Source: Escherichia coli
Lineage (GTDB): Bacteria > Pseudomonadota > Gammaproteobacteria > Enterobacterales > Enterobacteriaceae
NCBI RefSeq assembly: GCF_017348835.2
Contig: NZ_CP071375.1
Length of the DNA: 64,000 bases
Strand: one strand, 5' to 3'
Shown: in pieces, positions 1-18,120 of the stretch
How positions within the stretch are numbered: the stretch's first letter is position 1
Layout of the letters: each line of letters starts with the position of its first letter
Program-made: the position numbers and the translations under genes
The notes under the pieces: model-generated
Database searches by the model: none
Seen by the model: the letters and a program-made list of their open reading frames with translations, nothing else
What the model was told of the DNA's origin: nothing

Positions 1-1187
1 ATAAATGCAGCAATAAAACTATTGGTATATTGGACAATGAAGCCAGTTAAAATAGGGGCGATAATTCCCGAGGTGTTTGCCAGTAAATGTACAAAACCAC
101 CAACGCCACCGACTTTATCAGGGGAAATATTATCGGAGACAATTGCCCACGGCGCGGCAGCGGCGAGATACATAAAGAAGATACCCATTGCCATTAACAT
201 CACTGCATTTGTTACGGAGGCAACCTGACCCGCAAAACTGATACAAATAGCCGAGAGAATTAACCCTCCAACGATAATTAACTTTCTGGCCAGCAGCAGA
301 TTTTTGGTTTTGCGATATAACCAGTCTGAAAACATACCGCCAATAGCAATACCAACGCTACCAATAATCCACGGAATGGCCGAGGCAATACTCATCTCCT
401 GAATATTTAGTCCCTTTTCCATTGAGAGATAACTTGGAAACCAGGTTAAAAAGAAATACAGAATATAGTTAATAGAGAAGAATGCCAGGCCAGTGAACAG
501 AACTATAGGCTGGGTCAGGTAGAAGATAAAAGGCACTTTGGCTGAGTCAGTGCCGTAGCCTGGCGCGCCTTTTTGCGCCTCATCATACTCGGCAATTTCT
601 TCTTTCGATGTATGAGGGTTATTATGTGGACGATCGGTAAATGCTTTAATCCAGAAAAATGTCCAGATAAAACCCAGAGACATTAAAATGATAAAAGCGA
701 TGCGCCAGTTCCACATCACCACGATTGCGCCAACAATCGGACCCGCAATCGCACCACCCAAAGGGTTGCCCGCGTTTGCGATGCCCACAGCTCTGGCGCG
801 CTGATCAAGCGGAACCCAGTTACTAATGCATTTGTTGATCGTCGTACTAATCGGGCCTTCGCTCATCCCGAATAATACGCGCACGATAAACAAAGATATA
901 TAACCGAAAGCGAGGCCAGTCAGCCCACAGAACAATGACCAGGAAAGCATTGCAATGGCAAAAACTTTGCGGGGACCATAGAGATCGGATAAATAGCCAC
1001 CAACAAAGTTAAATAATGCATAACCAAAGAAAAAACTACTCAGCATAATCCCAACTTCGGCTGGGTTTAGGCCAAAATGATCTTTGATATAGGGCATTGC
1101 CACAGAAAATGCCGCACGATCGAGATAATTAATTATTCCAGCGATAAACAGCAGGAATAATATTTTGGAATGCTGTCGTTTGAACAT
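1..1187 (-). CDS. MFS transporter (anion:cation symporter-like), partial: N-terminus in window, C-terminus beyond left edge
   Basis: Minus-strand reading frame from ATG at 1187 to the window edge (~395 codons); translation is dominated by hydrophobic transmembrane-like segments with MFS-type motifs; not in the supplied ORF track because it lacks a stop in the window. Confidence 0.6.
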   Translation of the reverse strand, partial: MFKRQHSKILFLLFIAGIINYLDRAAFSVAMPYIKDHFGLNPAEVGIMLSSFFFGYALFNFVGGYLSDLYGPRKVFAIAMLSWSLFCGLTGLAFGYISLFIVRVLFGMSEGPISTTINKCISNWVPLDQRARAVGIANAGNPLGGAIAGPIVGAIVVMWNWRIAFIILMSLGFIWTFFWIKAFTDRPHNNPHTSKEEIAEYDEAQKGAPGYGTDSAKVPFIFYLTQPIVLFTGLAFFSINYILYFFLTWFPSYLSMEKGLNIQEMSIASAIPWIIGSVGIAIGGMFSDWLYRKTKNLLLARKLIIVGGLILSAICISFAGQVASVTNAVMLMAMGIFFMYLAAAAPWAIVSDNISPDKVGGVGGFVHLLANTSGIIAPILTGFIVQYTNSFIAAF

Positions 1188-1254
1188 AGCAAGTCCTGCA
1201 TAAATAATTTATGTGAATAGTGGTAGGGTAGAATTAATAATTTAAATATATGAT

Positions 1255-1941
1255 CTACATCACACCGAACTTTTCAAATACTTCCACGGTGCTCATGCCA
1301 TTTTTTATCGCCAGACGAACATCACTTTCGGTTGCGACTTTATTCAGTGCTTCAGCTATTACCTCCTTTTCAACTTCTTTTGGAATAACTAAAAGACCAT
1401 CGCAGTCGCCATAAATAATATCGCCGGGATTTATCACCACACCGCAAACTTCAACCGGGACGTTATAATCAATGACTTTTCCTCGCGGCCCCTGATCCTG
1501 AGCATAAGTACCATAACTAAATGTGGGGAAATTAATATCAAGAATTTCTTTAGAGTCCCGGACATAACCATCAAGAACAGCACCGGCGGCCTTAAGATGC
1601 ATAGCGCGAGTGGACATTAAACCGCCCCATAATGCGTAACGTAGCGAACTTCCTGTCGCAATATAAACATCGTTTTCTTTCAGCGAATCCAGCGCCTCAA
1701 ACATAATACCGAACGGTTTTTTACCAATTGCTGTATTCCCCGACGATGAGTGCAACTCATAAACATCGGCTTCAAGAACAGGCATAGCCCGCCCTGCGAG
1801 AACCATACTGGAGTGTAAAGGTTTCATTGAAGGAGAAACAAACTGATGCAAATATCCTTTGGTATCAAGAATATCGCCAACAACGGCAGTAAATAACTGC
1901 GTACGCATCAACTGAAAAAGTTCCTTGTCATTGTTCCACAT
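1255..1941 (-). CDS. RraA-family protein (HMG/CHA-aldolase / oxaloacetate decarboxylase-like)
   Basis: 228-aa ORF; C-terminal GDIIYGDCDGLLVIP motif typical of the RraA / dimethylmenaquinone methyltransferase-like fold; AGGA Shine-Dalgarno about 9 nt upstream of the ATG. Confidence 0.6.
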   Translation of the reverse strand: MWNNDKELFQLMRTQLFTAVVGDILDTKGYLHQFVSPSMKPLHSSMVLAGRAMPVLEADVYELHSSSGNTAIGKKPFGIMFEALDSLKENDVYIATGSSLRYALWGGLMSTRAMHLKAAGAVLDGYVRDSKEILDINFPTFSYGTYAQDQGPRGKVIDYNVPVEVCGVVINPGDIIYGDCDGLLVIPKEVEKEVIAEALNKVATESDVRLAIKNGMSTVEVFEKFGVM

Positions 1942-1992
1942 AATTAACGATCCTGAATTGTAGTGAGGAGGTGTGAACAGAGACTAGAGTAG

Positions 1993-2025
1993 AACCTATA
2001 AACCTGTCAAACAGGTTTATAGGTT
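1993..2025. promoter_or_regulatory. Perfect 15-bp inverted repeat (AACCTATAAACCTGT-caa-ACAGGTTTATAGGTT) in the divergent promoter region; candidate operator
   Basis: Read directly from sequence; contains a TGT-N3-ACA core of the kind bound by GntR/FadR-family regulators; lies between the divergent RraA-like/MFS genes and the GntR gene. Confidence 0.4.
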
Positions 2026-2239
2026 GAAGAGTGTAAACGATCGCACTCTGCGAGCCTCTTCACAATTTCAGCTATGGTTTACTGCGATCGCTTTTCAACC
2101 GGATGCGTCCTATCGCTGCTACGCCTTTTTCGGTAACATACGAACCAAAGGTAGGAGGGATTATCTGTAACGCTATGATTTTTAAGTTTTAGATAAGATA
2201 TGTTGCGGCTGAAACAGGTAATATCTGCTCGGTAAATTG

Positions 2240-2965
2240 ATGGCAAGAATGATGACAACGAAAATTCAGCTAGAAAGTAACACGCTCTCAGCCCAGGTAC
2301 GAGACTACATACTGTCGTTAATTGCGCGGCAAAAGTTAACCGTCGGGATGCCGGTGCCCAGTGAAATGCAACTTACCCAGGAACTTGGCGTCAGTAAGGG
2401 CGTTGTCCGTGAGGCCTATCGTTCACTTGCCGCCCTTGGAATACTCGAAACCAAAAGTGGTAAAGTGCCACGCATTAAAGCCTTTGATTCTAGCGTGTTG
2501 CAGGTCATTTTTTCCTTTGCGACGCTGACCGAGCAGGTCAGTTCTTCACAGATACTTGCCGCCAGACGTTGGCTGGAAGCCGGATGCGTACAAATGGCGG
2601 CGCTCAATGGAGATGAAGAGGATTTTGCTGCGCTGAAGCAAGAAATGTCGTTGATACGCGAAGAGTTTTCTGACACCGAGCGTTTCCTGGAACATGATTT
2701 AAATTTCCATTTGCTGTTATCGCAGGCATCTAAAAATCCTTTATTCAGCATTCTGTTGCAGGCTTTACACACCCAGTTAACCCACTCAATGCGAGCGGGT
2801 CTGGAAGCACAACGCAATAATCATGAATATGAGCGTGGGATAATTGCATTGCACCAACGTGTTTGTGACTGTGTTTGTAATCGCGATGCTGAAGGTGCGA
2901 TGAAAGCCATGGATGAGCATTTCAACCTCTCTTCTGATGCTTTAAACAATCAGTCTCCTCTTTAA
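2240..2965 (+). CDS. GntR-family transcriptional regulator (FadR/FCD subfamily)
   Basis: ORF 2237..2965; N-terminal winged-HTH-like segment (QLTQELGVSKGVVREAYRSLAALGILE) and helical C-terminal domain; start ambiguous among TTG 2237 and ATG 2240/2249/2252. Confidence 0.7.
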   Translation: MARMMTTKIQLESNTLSAQVRDYILSLIARQKLTVGMPVPSEMQLTQELGVSKGVVREAYRSLAALGILETKSGKVPRIKAFDSSVLQVIFSFATLTEQVSSSQILAARRWLEAGCVQMAALNGDEEDFAALKQEMSLIREEFSDTERFLEHDLNFHLLLSQASKNPLFSILLQALHTQLTHSMRAGLEAQRNNHEYERGIIALHQRVCDCVCNRDAEGAMKAMDEHFNLSSDALNNQSPL

Positions 2966-2989
2966 TTAAGCGATTCAGCACCTTATCTC

Positions 2990-3013
2990 AGGCACCTTCG
3001 GGTGCCTTTTTTG
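2990..3013 (+). terminator. Rho-independent terminator after the GntR gene
   Basis: Hairpin AGGCACC-ttcg-GGTGCCT followed by TTTTTT. Confidence 0.5.
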
Positions 3014-3213
3014 TACCCGAAACGCCCTTCATAAAGTGAATGTTTTTTATTTATATTGTTATCAATAAGTTATCAAGTATTTTTAATTAAAATGGAAATT
3101 GTTTTTGATTTTGCATTTTAAATGAGTAGTCTTAGTTGTGCTGAACGAAAAGCGCACAACGATCCTTCGTTCACAGTGGGGAAGTTTTCGGATCCATGAC
3201 GAGGAGCTGCACG

Positions 3214-4815
3214 ATGACTGAACAGGCAACAACAACCGATGAACTGGCTTTCACAAGGCCTTATGGCGAGCAGGAGAAGCAAATTCTTACTGCCGAAGCG
3301 GTAGAATTTCTGACTGAGCTGGTGACGCATTTTACGCCACAACGCAATAAACTTCTGGCGGCGCGTATTCAGCAGCAGCAAGATATTGATAACGGAACGT
3401 TGCCTGATTTTATTTCGGAAACAGCTTCCATTCGTGATACAGACTGGAAAATTCGTGGTATTCCCGCGGACTTACAAGATCGTCGAGTCGAGATAACTGG
3501 CCCGGTTGAGCGCAAGATGGTGATCAACGCACTCAACGCCAATGTGAAAGTCTTTATGGCCGATTTCGAAGATTCACTGGCACCAGACTGGAACAAAGTG
3601 ATCGACGGGCAAATAAACCTGCGTGATGCAGTTAACGGCACCATCAGCTATACCAATGAAGCAGGCAAAATTTATCAGCTCAAGCCCAATCCAGCGGTTT
3701 TGATTTGTCGGGTACGCGGTCTGCACTTGCCGGAAAAACATGTCACCTGGCGTGGTGAGGCAATCCCCGGTAGCCTGTTTGATTTTGTGCTCTATTTCTT
3801 CCACAACTATCAGGCACTGTTGGCAAAGGGCAGCGGTCCCTATTTCTATCTGCCGAAAACCCAGTCCTGGCAGGAAGCGGCCTGGTGGAGCGAAGTCTTC
3901 AGCTATGCAGAAGATCGCTTTAATCTGCCGCGCGGCACCATCAAGGCGACGTTGCTGATTGAAACGCTGCCCGCCGTGTTCCAGATGGACGAAATCCTTC
4001 ACGCACTGCGTGACCATATTGTTGGTCTGAACTGCGGTCGTTGGGATTACATCTTCAGTTATATCAAAACGTTGAAAAACTATCCCGATCGCGTCCTGCC
4101 AGACAGACAGGCAGTGACGATGGATAAACCATTCCTGAATGCTTACTCACGCCTGTTAATCAAAACCTGCCATAAACGCGGTGCTTTTGCGATGGGCGGC
4201 ATGGCGGCGTTTATTCCGAGCAAAGATGAAGAGCGCAATAACCAGGTGCTCAACAAAGTAAAAGCGGATAAATCGCTGGAAGCCAACAACGGTCACGATG
4301 GCACATGGATCGCTCACCCAGGCCTTGCGGATACGGCAATGGCGGTATTCAACGACATTCTCGGCTCCCGTAAAAATCAGCTTGAAGTGATGCGCGAACA
4401 AGACGCGCCGATTACTGCCAATCAGCTACTGGCACCTTGTGATGGTGAACGCACCGAAGAAGGTATGCGCGCCAACATTCGCGTGGCTGTGCAGTACATC
4501 GAAGCGTGGATCTCCGGCAACGGCTGCGTGCCGATTTATGGCCTGATGGAAGATGCGGCGACGGCTGAAATTTCCCGTACCTCGATCTGGCAGTGGATCC
4601 ATCATCAAAAAACGTTGAGCAATGGCAAACCGGTGACCAAAGCCTTGTTCCGCCAGATGCTGGGCGAAGAGATGAAAGTCATTGCCAGCGAACTGGGCGA
4701 AGAACGTTTCTCCCAGGGGCGTTTTGACGATGCCGCACGCTTGATGGAACAGATCACCACTTCCGATGAGTTAATTGATTTCCTGACCCTGCCAGGCTAC
4801 CGCCTGTTAGCGTAA
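3214..4815 (+). CDS. aceB: Malate synthase A
   Basis: ORF 3196..4815; protein [20 protein letters not shown]... recognised as AceB; start trimmed to the ATG giving 533 aa. Confidence 0.95.
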   Translation: MTEQATTTDELAFTRPYGEQEKQILTAEAVEFLTELVTHFTPQRNKLLAARIQQQQDIDNGTLPDFISETASIRDTDWKIRGIPADLQDRRVEITGPVERKMVINALNANVKVFMADFEDSLAPDWNKVIDGQINLRDAVNGTISYTNEAGKIYQLKPNPAVLICRVRGLHLPEKHVTWRGEAIPGSLFDFVLYFFHNYQALLAKGSGPYFYLPKTQSWQEAAWWSEVFSYAEDRFNLPRGTIKATLLIETLPAVFQMDEILHALRDHIVGLNCGRWDYIFSYIKTLKNYPDRVLPDRQAVTMDKPFLNAYSRLLIKTCHKRGAFAMGGMAAFIPSKDEERNNQVLNKVKADKSLEANNGHDGTWIAHPGLADTAMAVFNDILGSRKNQLEVMREQDAPITANQLLAPCDGERTEEGMRANIRVAVQYIEAWISGNGCVPIYGLMEDAATAEISRTSIWQWIHHQKTLSNGKPVTKALFRQMLGEEMKVIASELGEERFSQGRFDDAARLMEQITTSDELIDFLTLPGYRLLA

Positions 4816-4844
4816 ACCACCACATAACTATGGAGCATCTGCAC

Positions 4845-6149
4845 ATGAAAACCCGTACACAACAAATTGAAGAATTACAGAAAGAGTGGACTCAACCGCG
4901 TTGGGAAGGCATTACTCGCCCATACAGCGCGGAAGATGTGGTGAAATTACGCGGTTCAGTCAATCCTGAATGCACGCTGGCGCAACTGGGCGCGGCGAAA
5001 ATGTGGCGTCTGCTGCATGGCGAGTCGAAAAAAGGCTACATCAACAGCCTCGGCGCACTGACTGGCGGTCAGGCGCTGCAACAGGCGAAAGCGGGTATTG
5101 AAGCAGTCTATCTGTCGGGATGGCAGGTAGCGGCGGACGCTAACCTGGCGGCCAGCATGTATCCGGATCAGTCGCTCTATCCGGCAAACTCGGTGCCAGC
5201 TGTGGTGGAGCGGATCAACAACACCTTCCGTCGTGCCGATCAGATCCAATGGTCCGCGGGCATTGAGCCGGGCGATCCGCGCTATGTCGATTACTTCCTG
5301 CCGATCGTTGCCGATGCGGAAGCCGGTTTTGGCGGTGTCCTGAATGCCTTTGAACTGATGAAAGCGATGATTGAAGCCGGTGCAGCGGCAGTTCACTTCG
5401 AAGATCAGCTGGCGTCAGTGAAGAAATGCGGTCACATGGGCGGCAAAGTTTTAGTGCCAACTCAGGAAGCTATTCAGAAACTGGTCGCGGCGCGTCTGGC
5501 AGCTGACGTGACGGGCGTTCCAACCCTGCTGGTTGCCCGTACCGATGCTGATGCGGCGGATCTGATCACCTCCGATTGCGACCCGTATGACAGCGAATTT
5601 ATTACCGGCGAGCGTACCAGTGAAGGCTTCTTCCGTACTCATGCGGGCATTGAGCAAGCGATCAGCCGTGGCCTGGCGTATGCGCCGTATGCTGACCTTG
5701 TATGGTGTGAAACTTCTACACCGGATCTGGAACTGGCGCGTCGCTTTGCACAAGCTATCCACGCGAAATATCCGGGCAAACTGCTGGCTTATAACTGCTC
5801 GCCGTCGTTCAACTGGCAGAAAAACCTCGACGACAAAACTATTGCCAGCTTCCAGCAGCAGCTGTCGGATATGGGCTACAAGTTCCAGTTCATCACCCTG
5901 GCAGGTATCCACAGCATGTGGTTCAACATGTTTGACCTGGCAAACGCCTATGCCCAGGGCGAGGGTATGAAGCACTACGTTGAGAAAGTGCAGCAGCCGG
6001 AATTTGCCGCCGCGAAAGATGGCTATACCTTCGTATCTCACCAGCAGGAAGTGGGTACAAGTTACTTCGATAAAGTGACGACTATTATTCAGGGCGGCAC
6101 GTCTTCAGTCACCGCGCTGACCGGCTCCACTGAAGAATCGCAGTTCTAA
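4845..6149 (+). CDS. aceA: Isocitrate lyase
   Basis: ORF 4830..6149; protein [15 protein letters not shown]... with the KKCGH active-site motif; trimmed to 434 aa. Confidence 0.95.
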   Translation: MKTRTQQIEELQKEWTQPRWEGITRPYSAEDVVKLRGSVNPECTLAQLGAAKMWRLLHGESKKGYINSLGALTGGQALQQAKAGIEAVYLSGWQVAADANLAASMYPDQSLYPANSVPAVVERINNTFRRADQIQWSAGIEPGDPRYVDYFLPIVADAEAGFGGVLNAFELMKAMIEAGAAAVHFEDQLASVKKCGHMGGKVLVPTQEAIQKLVAARLAADVTGVPTLLVARTDADAADLITSDCDPYDSEFITGERTSEGFFRTHAGIEQAISRGLAYAPYADLVWCETSTPDLELARRFAQAIHAKYPGKLLAYNCSPSFNWQKNLDDKTIASFQQQLSDMGYKFQFITLAGIHSMWFNMFDLANAYAQGEGMKHYVEKVQQPEFAAAKDGYTFVSHQQEVGTSYFDKVTTIIQGGTSSVTALTGSTEESQF

Positions 6150-6159
6150 GCAACCTACA

Positions 6160-6310
6160 AACGTTGCTGACTGTAGGCCGGATAAGGCATTTACGCCGCA
6201 TCCGGCAATCAGTGCACGATGCCTGATGCGACGCTTGCGCGTCTTATCATGCCTACAACCGTTGCCGAACGTAGGCTGGATAAGGCGTTTACGCCGCATC
6301 CGGCAATTCT
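6160..6310. repeat. REP (repetitive extragenic palindromic) cluster in the aceA-aceK intercistronic region
   Basis: Multiple copies of GCCGGATAAGGCGTTTACGCCGCATCCGGCA-type and GCCTGATGCGACGC-type palindromic units. Confidence 0.75.
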
Positions 6311-6332
6311 CTGCTCCTGATGAGGGCGCTAA

Positions 6333-10224
<3,892 letters not shown>

Positions 10225-10540
10225 TTAAATATCTCATTGTTTATTGATGTCTTGAATTTTAACTATCAGAACAGTGAAAAAATTTAATATGATTACAACT
10301 AAAGAAATATCATAAATCGCTCAATCTCATAATGCAGCCGTAAAAGTTTCGGTGGAATGAGATCTTGCGATTTTGTTAATAATTAAGTGGTTTGATGTTT
10401 AAAAATAATGCTGAGTTAATAAAAGTGTGTGAAGTGTATGACATTAAGTTATTTTGGCGTCAATGCGATTAACAGACACCCTTATTCTATTGCCACTCAG
10501 GTATGATGGGCAGAATATTGCCTCTGCCCGCCAGAAAAAG

Positions 10541-11365
10541 TCAGCGCATTCCACCGTACGCCAGCGTCACTTCCTTCGCCGCTTTAATCACCATCGCGCC
10601 AAACTCGGTCACGCGGTCATCGGTAATACGTGAAATCGGTCCGGAAATAGAAATTGCGGCAAACGGTTCACGGTGCTCATCGAAAATACACGCTGCAAGG
10701 CAACGTAGCCCCAGTGCATGTTCCTCATCGTCAAATGAATAACCCCGTTTGCGCGTTTGGGCGAGATCTTCTTTTAAATGCACAGGAGACACCAGCGTTG
10801 CGTGGGTATAGGCATGTAACCCTTTGCGGTGCAGCAGCTTCGTCACCTGTTCTTCGCTCAGTTGGGCTAAAAAGGCTTTACCCGCACCGGAAGCGTGCAT
10901 CGGCAATTTACCGCCGATAGGCGCGGACATTCGCATCAGATGCGTACACTGTACCTGGTCGATAATAATCGCTTCGTGATCGCTTTGATCAAGCACCGCC
11001 ATATTGACCGTTTCACCAGATTCTTCCATTAGATTGCGCAGGATAGGGTGAACAATCGCTAACAAATTACGGCTCTGGAGAAAGCTGCTGCCGACCATAA
11101 AGGCATGTGCGCCGATTGCCCAATGTCCTAGTTCGCCGACCTGACGCACGAAACCCTGCTGTTGCATCGTGGTTAGCAGGCGGTGGGTCGTGGAGTTGGG
11201 TAACCCGGCTTGTTGCGCCAGCTCTGTGAGTGCCACACTGCCATTGGATTCGGCAATCCACTCCAGTAATTTCAGGCCACGCGTTAAAGACTGAACCTGT
11301 CCAGTCGCTGGTGCGGTGGCAACGGCGGGTTTTCTGCCGCGTTTCGCGGGAATGGGTGCGACCAT
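10541..11365 (-). CDS. iclR: Glyoxylate-bypass operon repressor IclR
   Basis: ORF 10541..11404 trimmed to MVAPIPAKRGRKPAVATAPATGQVQSL... (274 aa). Confidence 0.93.
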   Translation of the reverse strand: MVAPIPAKRGRKPAVATAPATGQVQSLTRGLKLLEWIAESNGSVALTELAQQAGLPNSTTHRLLTTMQQQGFVRQVGELGHWAIGAHAFMVGSSFLQSRNLLAIVHPILRNLMEESGETVNMAVLDQSDHEAIIIDQVQCTHLMRMSAPIGGKLPMHASGAGKAFLAQLSEEQVTKLLHRKGLHAYTHATLVSPVHLKEDLAQTRKRGYSFDDEEHALGLRCLAACIFDEHREPFAAISISGPISRITDDRVTEFGAMVIKAAKEVTLAYGGMR

Positions 11366-11564
11366 GACAGTCTCCTTTTTCTGTATCGTGGAAATCATTT
11401 TCATTTTTATTGTTAGCTAATGCAATAGTTGCTGAACTGATCCGATGAGTTAATGTTGAACAAATCTCATGTTGCGTGGTGGTCGCTTTTACCACAGATG
11501 CGTTTATGCCAGTATGGTTTGTTGAATTTTTATTAAATCTGGGTTGAGCGTGTCGGGAGCAAGT

Positions 11565-15248
<3,684 letters not shown>

Positions 15249-15278
15249 TTCACAAATCTGTCACTTTTCCTTACAACA

Positions 15279-15313
15279 AACAGGGCGCTCAATGAGTGCC
15301 CTGTCTCTTTATT
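15279..15313 (+). terminator. Putative metH intrinsic terminator
   Basis: Imperfect hairpin ACAGGGCGCTCA-a-TGAGTGCCCTGT followed by a T-rich run. Confidence 0.45.
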
Positions 15314-15467
15314 AATATGAAACACTTATACTGGAATCAGGCTGGAATAATCTTAGCTGGAAAAACGAATGTTAAAAGGCACAGTAAAGATGCCAGTCAG
15401 CGTGTTTCCGGTCCTTTGGTCATTCAATTGCTTCAGGAACATATAACGATAAGGAGAACCTGAACTC

Positions 15468-17099
15468 GTGTTAACGCTGCTTCACCTGCTTTCTGCCGTC
15501 GCCCTGCTGGTCTGGGGGACTCATATTGTTCGAACCGGCGTAATGCGCGTCTTCGGCGCGCGTCTGCGTACTGTCCTTAGCCGGAGCGTCGAAAAAAAGC
15601 CGCTCGCCTTTTGCGCGGGGATCGGCGTTACCGCACTGGTACAGAGCAGTAATGCCACCACCATGCTGGTGACCTCGTTCGTCGCTCAGGATCTGGTAGC
15701 CCTCGCACCGGCTCTGGTGATTGTGCTGGGGGCAGATGTCGGGACGGCGCTAATGGCGCGTATTCTCACCTTCGACTTATCCTGGCTGTCACCGTTACTT
15801 ATTTTTATCGGCGTGATTTTTTTCCTCGGACGCAAACAGTCACGCGCCGGGCAACTGGGCCGCGTCGGTATTGGTCTTGGGCTGATTTTACTGGCGCTGG
15901 AGTTGATTGTGCAGGCCGTAACGCCGATCACCCAGGCAAACGGCGTTCAGGTGATCTTTGCCTCGCTGACCGGCGATATTCTGCTGGATGCGCTGATTGG
16001 CGCGATGTTCGCCATTATCAGCTACTCCAGCCTTGCTGCTGTACTGCTGACCGCGACTCTGACCGCCGCAGGCATTATCTCCTTCCCCGTGGCACTCTGT
16101 CTGGTGATTGGTGCTAACCTCGGTTCCGGCCTGCTGGCGATGCTCAACAACAGTGCCGCCAATGCCGCAGCCCGCCGTGTCGCGCTGGGTAGTCTGCTGT
16201 TTAAGCTGGTGGGTAGCCTGATTATCCTGCCGTTTGTCCATTTGCTGGCAGAGACAATGGGGAAGCTGTCATTGCCAAAAGCGGAACTGGTTATCTATTT
16301 CCACGTCTTCTACAACCTTGTACGTTGCCTGGTCATGCTGCCATTTGTTGACCCGATGGCACGGTTTTGCAAAACGATTATTCGCGATGAACCGGAACTG
16401 GATACCCAGCTACGGCCTAAACATCTGGATGTCAGCGCGCTGGATACACCCACGCTTGCTCTGGCGAACGCCGCGCGCGAAACCCTGCGCATTGGCGACG
16501 CCATGGAACAGATGATGGAAGGGCTGAATAAAGTGATGCACGGCGAGCCAAGGCAGGAGAAAGAGCTGCGTAAGCTGGCAGATGATATCAACGTTCTCTA
16601 TACCGCCATTAAGCTGTATCTGGCGCGGATGCCAAAAGAGGAACTGGCAGAAGAAGAGTCGCGCCGCTGGGCGGAGATCATCGAAATGTCGCTCAACCTT
16701 GAACAGGCCTCCGATATCGTCGAGCGCATGGGGAGCGAAATTGCCGACAAATCGCTGGCTGCAAGGCGAGCATTTTCGCTTGATGGCTTGAAGGAACTGG
16801 ATGCGCTCTATGAGCAATTGCTCAGTAATTTAAAGCTGGCAATGTCGGTGTTCTTCTCTGGTGATGTTACCAGCGCCCGTCGTTTGCGCCGCAGCAAGCA
16901 TCGCTTTCGCATTCTTAATCGCCGCTATTCCCACGCCCACGTCGATCGCCTGCATCAGCAAAACGTGCAGAGCATTGAAACCAGTTCGCTACATTTAGGC
17001 TTACTGGGAGATATGCAGCGTCTGAACTCGCTGTTTTGTTCGGTGGCTTACAGTGTGCTGGAACAGCCGGATGAAGATGAAGGACGGGACGAGTATTAA
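15468..17099 (+). CDS. yjbB: Na+/phosphate cotransporter family (PhoU-domain) inner membrane protein
   Basis: 543-aa ORF; multi-pass hydrophobic N-terminal half, soluble helical C-terminal half; position after metH. Confidence 0.85.
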   Translation: MLTLLHLLSAVALLVWGTHIVRTGVMRVFGARLRTVLSRSVEKKPLAFCAGIGVTALVQSSNATTMLVTSFVAQDLVALAPALVIVLGADVGTALMARILTFDLSWLSPLLIFIGVIFFLGRKQSRAGQLGRVGIGLGLILLALELIVQAVTPITQANGVQVIFASLTGDILLDALIGAMFAIISYSSLAAVLLTATLTAAGIISFPVALCLVIGANLGSGLLAMLNNSAANAAARRVALGSLLFKLVGSLIILPFVHLLAETMGKLSLPKAELVIYFHVFYNLVRCLVMLPFVDPMARFCKTIIRDEPELDTQLRPKHLDVSALDTPTLALANAARETLRIGDAMEQMMEGLNKVMHGEPRQEKELRKLADDINVLYTAIKLYLARMPKEELAEEESRRWAEIIEMSLNLEQASDIVERMGSEIADKSLAARRAFSLDGLKELDALYEQLLSNLKLAMSVFFSGDVTSARRLRRSKHRFRILNRRYSHAHVDRLHQQNVQSIETSSLHLGLLGDMQRLNSLFCSVAYSVLEQPDEDEGRDEY

Positions 17100-17100
17100 T

Positions 17101-17190
17101 ACCGTGACCCTGTAGGCCTGATAAGACGCGTAAAGCGTCGCATCAGGCACTATGAACAAGATGCCGGATCATGCATCCGGCAATTCACTT
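17101..17190. repeat. REP element(s) between yjbB and pepE
   Basis: GCCTGATAAGACGCG...CGCATCAGGC and GCCGGATCATGCATCCGGCA palindromic units. Confidence 0.7.
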
Positions 17191-17878
17191 AAAAACGGTG
17201 ACCCGCTTCCAGCGGAACCGCTTCTTCACCGGCCTTAAACACATAGGTGGTGTTCGGGCCACCCAGCGTTGCGTGACCTTTACTCACTGTGATCCAGTTA
17301 CCTTCCGGTAGACCAATAATTGTGAGTTCTGGCGCGACGACCAGCAGTTCGCGAATACGCTGTTCACGGGTTTCACCTTTATGGCCTTCCGGCAGCGCGT
17401 TGGTGAAGTGCGGGTTGATTTGCAACGGGAACAGATTCAGCGCATCGAAACCTTGTGGATCGACAATCGGCATATCGTTGGTGGTACGAATGGTTGGGCA
17501 AGCAAGGTTAGCGCCAGCGCTCCAGCCAATATACAGCGCGCCACGTTTAACCACGTCAGTAATTGGTGCCAGCAGCCCGCGCTCGCGGCACTGTTTCAGC
17601 AACTGGAAAGTATTACCGCCGCCGACAATCACGATCTCAGCATTTTCAATCGCGGCAACGGGATCGACAACGCTATGAATACCGGTGACAGAAACACCCA
17701 GCGGAGCAAGAACCGCAGCCGTTTTCGCTGTGTAATCATCCCAGGTCTGCGTTACGCCAGCGAAAGGGATAAACACCGCTGAGCGGCGACCCTGCAACTG
17801 TTCAGCAATTAGCGGCAGTGCATGTTCCAGCCAGGCTTTACCCGGCAGCGTCGAGTTACTCAATAAAAGCAGTTCCAT
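17189..17878 (-). CDS. pepE: Peptidase E (alpha-aspartyl dipeptidase)
   Basis: 229-aa [31 protein letters not shown]... recognised as PepE. Confidence 0.93.
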
Positions 17879-17989
17879 TACTTCTCCGGTTAGTAAGAAA
17901 TCACGGAAGGAATGCTACCACTGCGAATTTAACCACTTACTGACATGGCTCACGATGTCACGTATTGCACAGGCGCTGAGACTGATGAC

Positions 17990-18120
17990 AAACACAGCAT
18001 TGCCTGATGCGCTACGCTTACCTGACCTACCAGATAACTGCAATATATTGAATTTTCAAAATTATGTAGACCGAATAAGGCTTCATTCCGCATCCGGCAT
18101 AAACAATGTGCACTTTGCCA
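17990..18120. repeat. Degenerate REP-like units between pepE and sorE
   Basis: GCCTGATGCGCTACGCTTA and GCTTCATTCCGCATCCGGCAT motifs resembling REP consensus. Confidence 0.5.

Noticed and set aside
3080-3120. Possible IclR operator in the aceB promoter (ATGGAAATTGTTTTTGATTTTGCAT)
   Set aside because: Plausible from position and partial similarity to the IclR-box half-site TGGAAAT, but I cannot define the dyad confidently by eye; left out of the feature list.
3574-4017. 147-aa minus-strand ORF (and 3369..3644, 4156..4401) inside aceB
   Set aside because: Lies antisense within a confidently identified aceB coding region; no recognisable protein features; typical shadow ORF.
6150-6330. Palindromic repeat clusters considered as CRISPR arrays or IS inverted repeats
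   Set aside because: Units match REP-type palindromes, vary in spacing and orientation, and lack uniform spacers or adjacent cas/transposase genes.
11544-11564. N-terminal extensions offered by the ORF track (e.g. metH from 11544, aceB from 3196, aceA from 4830, malK from 43848, plsB to 53583, qorA to 61435, zur to 57120)
   Set aside because: Extensions precede the recognisable conserved N-termini; trimmed to internal start codons giving the expected protein lengths.
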